64,000 bases of DNA. It comes from an uncultured Gemmatimonadales bacterium (GTDB taxonomy: Bacteria; Gemmatimonadota; Gemmatimonadetes; Gemmatimonadales; Gemmatimonadaceae). Below are positions 57,000 to 64,000 of this stretch, in pieces. The position numbers were made by a program, and so were the translations under genes. The stretch covers positions 128,001-192,000 of the forward strand of contig CAWBZV010000014.1 in assembly GCA_963793305.1 (NCBI GenBank). Direction: 5' to 3'. Position 1 is the stretch's first letter, and each line of letters starts with the position of its first letter. The notes beneath the pieces were generated by a model. It saw only the letters and a program-made list of their open reading frames with translations. It searched no databases and was not told the DNA's origin.

Positions 57000-59496
57000 G
57001 CCGATGGAGCACGGGGTCGGTGTGGAGAAAGTAGGGCCACGCGCCACGGTCTCGCGACTCGCGCACGAGCGCGGCGCCGTCGTCCGGTCGGCCCAGGAGC
57101 ACGGCAATGCGCGCGCGATAGAATGAGGACCCCCAGCTGCCGCGGTCCGCGGGCAGTGATGCCAGCCAGGCATCCGCTGCCCGCGCCGTTCCCGTGTCGC
57201 CGCTCGCGGCCGCCAATCCACCCAGTGTGCCACGGAAGTCGACGTTCCCCGTATCCTCGGCCACGAGCGTGCGCGTGAGAGCGAGGGCGGGGGCGAGCGT
57301 TCCCCGCAATTCGTTCAACCACACCTTGAACGTCCGGAACTCCTGCGAGTTGCGTGTTCCCGCAGGCTGGGCGTCGATCCACGCGATAGTGCTGGCAGCC
57401 GCCTCACGCGCCGCCGACGTGTCCCCATGCACCATGAGCTCGCGTGACCCGTAGGTGCCGATCCAGGCCGGAGTGCCAGTGAGCTCCGTGCGGCCATAGG
57501 TATTGGGACCCAGACCGGAGCCAAGGCTGGGCTCGGGTGGCAGTGCGAAGGACGCATCGAGCTCGCGCAGCACTTCCGCGGGCCGGTGCAGGCCCGCCAA
57601 CGCGCGGACGCGGTTAAAGATCTGGTCGAGGGTCTCGTGGGAGATCTGGTGGTTGGCGGCAACCAGCTCCGAGTCGTGCTGGCCCAAGAGGTGATAGGCC
57701 TCGCAGAGGTCCCCCCAATAGTCGATGTGGTCCGGGGTCGGCAGCCAGTCCAAATCTGTCTGCGGGTTCATCCGCAGCAGCGCCTCGATCGCCAGCGCCG
57801 GGCGATCGGCCCAGAGCGCCGCACCCGCGGTCGACACTTGCATCGGTGATGAGGGCGGGAGGGCGCGGCCTCGTTCGATCACGAGTCGCAGCTGCTCGTC
57901 GTTGCGGCCGTGACAGTGCGCCACCGCGATGCGGAGCGTGAACCCATCGACCGGTTCCAACGCGTGGCGATGGAGACGGGGCAGCGCGGCAATCGAGTCG
58001 ACCGCCACGCAGTCACCCAGTCGCGCCGCGGCGGTGGCGAAGCCGATCGTCGACCCGTCGAACGTGGAGTCGACCGCCATCGACACCGCGTAGAGCGATT
58101 CGGCGCGGACGGGGTCGCCGAACCAGAACTGGTCGTGGCCCGCGATGTACGGACTGTACGCTTCGAATGGCGGAGGCGGGACGCTCGCGTTCCACGCGGC
58201 CGCGAAATGGGGATCCAGTATCGAGGCGACCGAGGCCAGGACACGCGAACGCGTGGCTTCAACGCCATCGGCCGGCCGCGCGAGGCTCGACGCCAGCGGC
58301 CCGACGCTGCGCAGGACGCGGGTCGATGCGACATCGATGACCGACGCGATGAACAGGAGGCTGTCGCCAGAGCGATAGTAGCTGCCGGTGATGAGCGTAC
58401 TGGCCCCGTTCCGGCGTGCCAGCGCAATCGGTTCGATGGGCTGCCCCGCCGATGCGTGGACGCGGGTGAACAGCACGCGTGGGTCGACGACCTCGATCAG
58501 CTTCGTTTGCAGGATGCTGCGAGTGATCCAGTCCACGACCATGTCGCCGACGGGGTCGAGGCGGGGGTCGCCGGTACGGTTTTCGAAGACCGAGACGATG
58601 AGACGAGGGTGCGGGTGGGCAGACGCCGACGGCGCCCGTGCCAGCACCCCGAGCATCGCGAGCGCGACCACGCCCGCCGCTCCCGCCATGGGCCACCAGC
58701 GGCGCCGCCTCCGCTGCGGCGGTATCGCTGTCGCCGCCTCGGCCGGCGTGATGTCCACCGGGGCGGCGCTCCGGGCGCGCAAGCGCTCGAACAGCGCTCG
58801 TGCCTCCGCACTCGGCTCGGCGTCGAGCTCCGCTTTCAATCGCTGCGTGAACGTCTCGTACAATCGCAGGGCTGCACTGCGGTCGCCGGCTGCATCGAGC
58901 GCCAGCGCTGCCTTTTGCAACCAACCCTCGTCGAACGGCGCGAGCTCACCCGCCCGCAACGCGGCGCGGGCGGCGTCGGCGTGACGCCCCTCGCGCATGG
59001 CGGTGTCGACCACGGCGCCGAGTGCGCGCAGCGCGAGCTCGCGGGCGCGTGCTCGCTCGCGAATGATCCAGTCCTCGAACGTCTCGCCGGCATTGCTGAC
59101 GTGAAATCCGTCGAGCAGCTCGCCGCGGTACAGCCCAGCGGCTTCGTCGTAGCGGTTGGCGGCGACGGCATCGCGCAGCGCGACGACATCACACCAGAGT
59201 TTCGCGCCATCGAGCTTGATCTCGTCGTCCCCACGACTCGCGAAGACGTTGTCGCCCAGCGCGAGACGCAGTTGATAGAGCGTGTTGCGAAGCGCGCGCC
59301 GCGCCGCGAACTGATCGAGCTCGGGCCAGAACACCGCCAGCAGACTGTCGCGCCGGTGGTACACGTCGGCGCCGATGGCCAGGTACGCCAGCAATGCCAG
59401 CCGCTTCGGCTGTGCGAGGAGGGCGCTCGCATCAGTGCCGTCGGCGCGCGAGATCTGAGGCGCGCCGAACAGCGCGAGGCGTATCACGGTAGCCAC
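56980..59496 (-). CDS. BTAD/SARP-type membrane-anchored regulator with extracytoplasmic TolB-like/TPR region
   Basis: QPKRLALLAYL, RDSLLAVFWPE, YRGELLDGF, FEDW; TM after RRRRWW; FENRTGD. Confidence 0.88.
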   Translation of the reverse strand: MATVIRLALFGAPQISRADGTDASALLAQPKRLALLAYLAIGADVYHRRDSLLAVFWPELDQFAARRALRNTLYQLRLALGDNVFASRGDDEIKLDGAKLWCDVVALRDAVAANRYDEAAGLYRGELLDGFHVSNAGETFEDWIIRERARARELALRALGAVVDTAMREGRHADAARAALRAGELAPFDEGWLQKAALALDAAGDRSAALRLYETFTQRLKAELDAEPSAEARALFERLRARSAAPVDITPAEAATAIPPQRRRRRWWPMAGAAGVVALAMLGVLARAPSASAHPHPRLIVSVFENRTGDPRLDPVGDMVVDWITRSILQTKLIEVVDPRVLFTRVHASAGQPIEPIALARRNGASTLITGSYYRSGDSLLFIASVIDVASTRVLRSVGPLASSLARPADGVEATRSRVLASVASILDPHFAAAWNASVPPPPFEAYSPYIAGHDQFWFGDPVRAESLYAVSMAVDSTFDGSTIGFATAAARLGDCVAVDSIAALPRLHRHALEPVDGFTLRIAVAHCHGRNDEQLRLVIERGRALPPSSPMQVSTAGAALWADRPALAIEALLRMNPQTDLDWLPTPDHIDYWGDLCEAYHLLGQHDSELVAANHQISHETLDQIFNRVRALAGLHRPAEVLRELDASFALPPEPSLGSGLGPNTYGRTELTGTPAWIGTYGSRELMVHGDTSAAREAAASTIAWIDAQPAGTRNSQEFRTFKVWLNELRGTLAPALALTRTLVAEDTGNVDFRGTLGGLAAASGDTGTARAADAWLASLPADRGSWGSSFYRARIAVLLGRPDDGAALVRESRDRGAWPYFLHTDPVLHRLTALPR

Positions 59497-59566
59497 TGTC
59501 TCCTAATAGTCTCCGACCTGCTCACCAGTGGCGACCCCGAAGATGTCGTACGGACCGTCCCTGGCC

Positions 59567-60308
59567 TCATTTGGGCAGACTATACAGCACCTTCCCGTTC
59601 TCGTCCAGAAACTCGAGCGTGGCGACGTTCGAGGAGTCCACCGCCATCCGAATGCGAGGCTTCCCCTTCGTGTCCATGAGGAGGACGGCCGCGTCGTCGT
59701 GCTTCGTGCGGCCGACGAACACGCGTTCCGTGAAGTGCCCCATTCTCGGTCCCGTGCTCCTTGAGCAGTGCTTGCATGGCGTCTTTCTTCGGTTGCCCGT
59801 CGCTCATCGTTTGCACCTTCACGAGCCCGCGGACAAGGTCGGCGGTGAGGGGGACGTTCGGCTGATCCCAGACCTCGAATGCGGATTCCTTGTAGTCGCC
59901 TTCCTGGCTATGGCTCATGCCAATCGCCTCGTTCTGCCGATAGTTGTCGAACCGGATCGTGCCGCCGGCGACCGGTTTGCCGTCGACCATCTTCCCGCTA
60001 TACACGAGGCCGCCGTCCTCGTCGCCCTCGTCATTGAAGAAGATCATGCCGGCGCCATCGCGCTTGCCATCGCGGTAGGAGAGGTCCACGCCGGCGATCG
60101 TGCCGCCGGGCATCCGATCCGTGTTGGCGATCGCCAGCCGCAAGTGGCCGTCCTTTTCACGGATATTGATTCGCTCGGCGTCGATCTCGGTGAATTTGGC
60201 GCTCCCTGGACCCTTGGCGGCGACGAAGATGAGAACGCCAAACGCCAACGCGGACGTATACGCGTACGCTTTCAGGAATCGCAGCTCCCGCTCGATCTTG
60301 CTGTCCAT
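59567..60308 (-). CDS. Hypothetical membrane-anchored protein, frameshifted at ~59743
   Basis: N-terminal TM, EIDAERINIREKDG. Corrected tail ...LMDTKGKPRIRMAVD...LEFLDENGKVLYSLPK stop. SD GGAGG. Confidence 0.72.
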
Positions 60309-60357
60309 TTTGCGCGGCCTCCGCCTGGGATTGGTAATTGTACGGACAAATAAGACT

Positions 60358-60847
60358 TCACTCCCGGGCGCGTGCTGTCCAGAGCCACATCCCGCTCATC
60401 GTGTCGATGGTGATGGGATGGCCGAGCAGGCGGGCCTGCACCACGATCTGTCCGCGATGGTGGCCGTCGTGGACCATGTAGTACGTGAGGAACTGTACGG
60501 GTTGGTGCGTGGACCGTCCGACGCGCCCGCCGCGTTCGAGCGCCGGCTCCAACACCTCCAGTACCGCTCGGCGCTTGGCCATGAGCGCGCGAACGGCGGC
60601 GGCCTGCGTCACCGTGTGCCGATCGAGCTCCGGCGGGACGGAGACTTTTGGCGCGGCCCGGCGCAAGTACACCAGCGCGCAGTTGTGCATGTGGGCCACG
60701 ATCGCGGCGATCGTGCGCATCTTGGGCGCCGGCGGCTTCGCGCGCCAGAACGTCCGGGTCGAGTCGCTCGACGAGGTACGCGTTCACCCGCGCGCTCGCC
60801 GAGTAGGCGCCGAGTAGCTCGGCCGTAAGGTCAGGATTGGTGGGCAT
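60358..60847 (-). CDS. DinB-family protein, frameshifted at ~60749
   Basis: RTIAAIVAHMHN and HDGHHRGQ. Confidence 0.85.
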
Positions 60848-60915
60848 GACCCGAATTTATGCGCTCTGGTTGTATGCGACTTGCGTAAGGCTGCTCCCGT
60901 TGACTCATCACGGGA

Positions 60916-61971
60916 GTGTCCATGGTGTCCGCGGTTCCTCGTCGGTCTGCGTCGCTTACGGTGTTTGTCACGTGTACGATCGCCATAATAGCCGCTTGCT
61001 CCGATTCGGCGGCGCCACCAATGGCGTCATCGATCCGAGCGTCGGCCGCCGCGCTACCGGTCGTGAATGCGGTCGTGCGTGTGCTGCCTGGACTCGATGG
61101 AGCACATCCGCACGGGATCGACGAGTTCGATGAGGTCGTTGGCAGCACCGCGGCGAATGTGCCGTTCTATTGGAGCCCGTCGCTCGGGTTGGTTCTGTTG
61201 CCTCACCCCGGGTTTGCGACGGGGCAAGCGGCGACGATCAACGACCATGGGGCGATGTCGGGTACTCTCGGCGGGAGTACGGCCATCGTCTGGATGCCGT
61301 TACACACTGGCCAGTTTCGCGTGTTCCAGTCACCAGCGTCGCAAAATTGCTCGGCGTCGGTGCTGACGTGGGGTGGCGAGCTCGTTGGGACGTGCGTCGC
61401 GACGAATGGCACCGCGTATGGAACGATATTCAACTGGCACGGGGCGCCGACCCAGACCTCAGGGTACGAGTACAACGACCTCTCCGGCGACGGGTATCTC
61501 GTCGGGGCGCAAGACGACAATGGTGTGCTGACGGCGCCGATTGTTGTCTTGCCGAGCGGCCAGGTGACGGTGTTGCATGGGGTCGATGGTGCGATACACA
61601 AATGGGCCGCTGTCAATGCGGTGGCCGAGGGTGGGTACCTCGCGGGCTACAGCACCGAGGCCGGGTGCACGCAAGCGGTCGTGTGGGGTTTGTTCACCTC
61701 GGGGCACGCGACATGGCCCGAACGTTACCTCGACGTATGCGGCGAGGCGAACGGCATTACGTCAGACGGGTATGTCGTCGGGACATCATTCTCCGGCTGG
61801 GCTTTCCTCTGGTATGAGGAGCCGGGGCCGGGCTTGCAGCGGCTTCCGGGGCTCGGGCAAGCCGGCGAGACCAGTACAGCCGTGGCGATCTCACTGCATC
61901 ATGCGCTCGGCACGATCACATCGAATGGTGTGACGCACACGGTTATCTGGAATCTGCCAAACCGTACGTGA
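60916..61971 (+). CDS. Lipoprotein with HAF-like extracellular repeats
   Basis: IIAAC lipobox; repeats AATINDHGAMSG, VNAVAEGGYLAG, ANGITSDGYVVG. Confidence 0.75.
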   Translation: MSMVSAVPRRSASLTVFVTCTIAIIAACSDSAAPPMASSIRASAAALPVVNAVVRVLPGLDGAHPHGIDEFDEVVGSTAANVPFYWSPSLGLVLLPHPGFATGQAATINDHGAMSGTLGGSTAIVWMPLHTGQFRVFQSPASQNCSASVLTWGGELVGTCVATNGTAYGTIFNWHGAPTQTSGYEYNDLSGDGYLVGAQDDNGVLTAPIVVLPSGQVTVLHGVDGAIHKWAAVNAVAEGGYLAGYSTEAGCTQAVVWGLFTSGHATWPERYLDVCGEANGITSDGYVVGTSFSGWAFLWYEEPGPGLQRLPGLGQAGETSTAVAISLHHALGTITSNGVTHTVIWNLPNRT

Positions 61972-62815
61972 CGCCGTCGATGTACACACTCTTGTTGTCG
62001 GTGAACGGATAGAACGCGAGCACGCGTTGCACGGCGCCGCCGTCGCCATCGAGCTCCAAGGTGTAGCCGGACACCTTGTACGCGCCGCCCAGGTTCGTGT
62101 TGCCGCGGCCACGCGAGGTGGTTGTCGTGGTGACCTGGCCGTTGCTGCCGGCGGATGCGCTGCCGCTTCCATGCTGATCCTGGTAGGAGCTCGCGCTTAC
62201 CGCCGAATCCGCCGCCGGCTTGCACGGCTCCAGTGCCGGCGATCACGCCCGAGCTGCGGGCGAATCGCCCGTTCTGGGAGAATGTGATGGTGGCGGATGT
62301 GTTGTACGAGCCCATGCCGCCGAACCTCGTCGAATTGCGGTGAATCAAGTTGATCTGCAGCGATGCGCCCGCTGGCAGCGGGCGCACGCGGTCGGCCTCG
62401 AGTTTGGTCCACTGACTCGACCCATTCTGGATCAGGATATCGCTTCCCGATTGCTTCCAACGATGCCACTTGGCCGGCTCTCGTTGTTTGGAGGCGACTT
62501 CATCGAGTTGCTCGGGCGGTACCGTGAGGCCCAGATAGGCCCAGCCATCGGGCAGCAGGAGATCGGCCGACTCGACGTAGGCGTAGCCCGTGGCCGTGGT
62601 CTGGCCGCGGCCTTCGTGCAAGATCACGAAACTCGAATTGCGACTCGGTGCACGCGGCGCGGCAGCCGTGCCACCGACGATCCTGCCGGCGGTCCGGACG
62701 TAATCCACGGCGGTCGCCGCGGGCAGGTTCGTCACGACGGCGCAGGGATGGGTTGTCCGCGGACCGAGGCGAGTGGCAGCGCGAACAGCAGAAAGAGGGC
62801 GTTTGGCGATCGCAT
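61943..62815 (-). CDS. Hypothetical exported Gly/Ser-rich protein, frameshifts at ~62740 and ~62197
   Basis: Signal peptide MRSPNALFLLFALPLASVRG in one frame, LLLPDGW...FSQNGRF core in a second, GAYKVSGYTLELD...YIDG tail after a further shift. Confidence 0.62.
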
Positions 62816-62870
62816 AGGCTTCTTGGCTACATAACGACCGCCTCGGTCGGATCATTATTTCGTCACGATT

Positions 62871-63653
62871 CTAGTAAGATGGCCCCAGCTTCTCCATGAG
62901 CTGCGCCCGGCGATTCCGGCTGACAGCGAGCGTGGTGCCGTCGAGGAGCACCACGGTCAGACCTCCGATCGGGTGGCGAAGCACCTCACGCACGCGGCGG
63001 AGGTTGATAATCGCCGAGCGGTGAATGCGCGTGAAGGCGGCGCAGTCGAGCTGTGCCTCGAGCAATGCCAGCGTCGCCCGCATGATGTGACGCCGTCCGT
63101 TGACGTGCAGCACCGCGCAATAATCGTCGGCTTCGATCCAGTCGACCTCGCTGGCAGGGATAACGATGTCTTTCCGTCCCACCCGCACCAGGAGTTGGTT
63201 GGTCGTCGGGGCGGTAGCGGTCGCGTGGTCGTCGAGCAGCGCGCGGAGTCGTCGCTCGAGGTCCGTGTCCCGCGTGCGCGTCAGCGCGTCGCGCGCCCGG
63301 TCGAGTGCCTGCGCGAAGCGATCGGCGGCGACGGGCTTGAGCAGATAGTCGATCGCCCGTACGTCGAACGCGCGCACGGCGAAAGCATCGTACGCGGTCA
63401 CGAAGATTACCGCCGGCATCGCCGCCGGACCGACCGCGCGCAGCACGCCGAAGCCGTCGACCTCGGGCATCTGTACGTCGAGGAACACGAGATCGGGTCG
63501 CCCACCGCGAATCAGTCGAATGGCGGCGTGACCGCCGAGGGCTTCGCCGGCGATCTCGACGTCATCGTGCTCGCTGAGCAGCGCGCGCAGGGAAGCGTTC
63601 CCGAGGGGCTCGTCATCGACGAGGAGCACGCGAATCGGCCGGCGCCGACTCAT
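62871..63653 (-). CDS. LytTR-family response regulator
   Basis: VLLVDDE, FLDVQMP, DYLLKP, FTRIHRSAIIN, VSRNR. Confidence 0.94.
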   Translation of the reverse strand: MSRRRPIRVLLVDDEPLGNASLRALLSEHDDVEIAGEALGGHAAIRLIRGGRPDLVFLDVQMPEVDGFGVLRAVGPAAMPAVIFVTAYDAFAVRAFDVRAIDYLLKPVAADRFAQALDRARDALTRTRDTDLERRLRALLDDHATATAPTTNQLLVRVGRKDIVIPASEVDWIEADDYCAVLHVNGRRHIMRATLALLEAQLDCAAFTRIHRSAIINLRRVREVLRHPIGGLTVVLLDGTTLAVSRNRRAQLMEKLGPSY

Positions 63654-64000
63654 GTGGATTGGCGGAGCGGGATCATGATGTCCGCCTGCACGCCGCCCCC
63701 GGCGGCGCGCCCGAGATCGAGGCATCCGTCCGTGCCGTAGAGCGCCGCGAGACGCGCACGAGTGTTCTTGAGACCGACGCCCGTCGCGCCGTCCAATGTC
63801 CAGCCGATCGGCAGCCCGGGTCCGTCGTCGGTCACGCGCAAGTGCAGCCGCTTGGACTCCGCGAAGGCTTCGATGCGCACATGGACCGGGGCTTCACGTC
63901 GGGCGACACCATGCCGAACGGCATTCTCGACCAACGGTTGCAGGACCATGCTCGGGACGAGGGCGTTGCCGACGCCGTCCACGGCGCCGACCGAGATCGT
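63650..64000 (-). CDS. LytS/YehU-type histidine kinase, C-terminal part (5' end outside the window)
   Basis: LQPLVENAVRHG, DDGPG, GVGLKNTRARL. Confidence 0.9.
   Translation of the reverse strand, partial: TISVGAVDGVGNALVPSMVLQPLVENAVRHGVARREAPVHVRIEAFAESKRLHLRVTDDGPGLPIGWTLDGATGVGLKNTRARLAALYGTDGCLDLGRAAGGGVQADIMIPLRQST

Noticed and set aside
62732..62734. In-frame TGA after a signal peptide as possible selenocysteine
   Set aside because: Read-through gives implausible sequence and stops soon. A one-base frameshift joins the plausible downstream frame.

Overview
High-GC bacterial chromosomal segment. Gene order and protein styles suggest Gemmatimonadota (inference, not database-checked). 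Bases 1-42,200 are a mostly plus-strand housekeeping block: mtaB/miaB, a ComFB-family gene, fbp, methylmalonyl-CoA mutase, argS, purM, ribD-ribE-ribBA-ribH, nusB, hpf-hprK with a full mannose-family PTS, metK-ahcY, a B12/iron-chelate ABC transporter, recO, selB, clpB and tadA. Small accessory inserts interrupt it: an MqsR/MqsA-like toxin-antitoxin pair, a molybdoenzyme/cytochrome b pair, and an antisense lipoprotein gene between ribH and nusB. Bases 42,200-64,000 are a mixed-strand accessory region of exported enzymes, lipoproteins, a two-domain multicopper oxidase, a BTAD receptor and a LytS/LytTR pair. I found no tRNA, rRNA, CRISPR array, integrase or transposase. About 15 genes carry single-base frameshifts, and ten of them share one context (CRTC read as CRTTC), so the apparent gene fusions and pseudogenes are most likely sequencing artefacts. 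I cannot claim a clear new multi-gene system. The best leads are an AT-rich, repeat-bearing island inside selB, the CRTC error footprint (possible cytosine modification), a stand-alone T9SS-CTD/FlgD-like protein, the antisense gene splitting ribH-nusB, and recurrent leaderless-type promoters.
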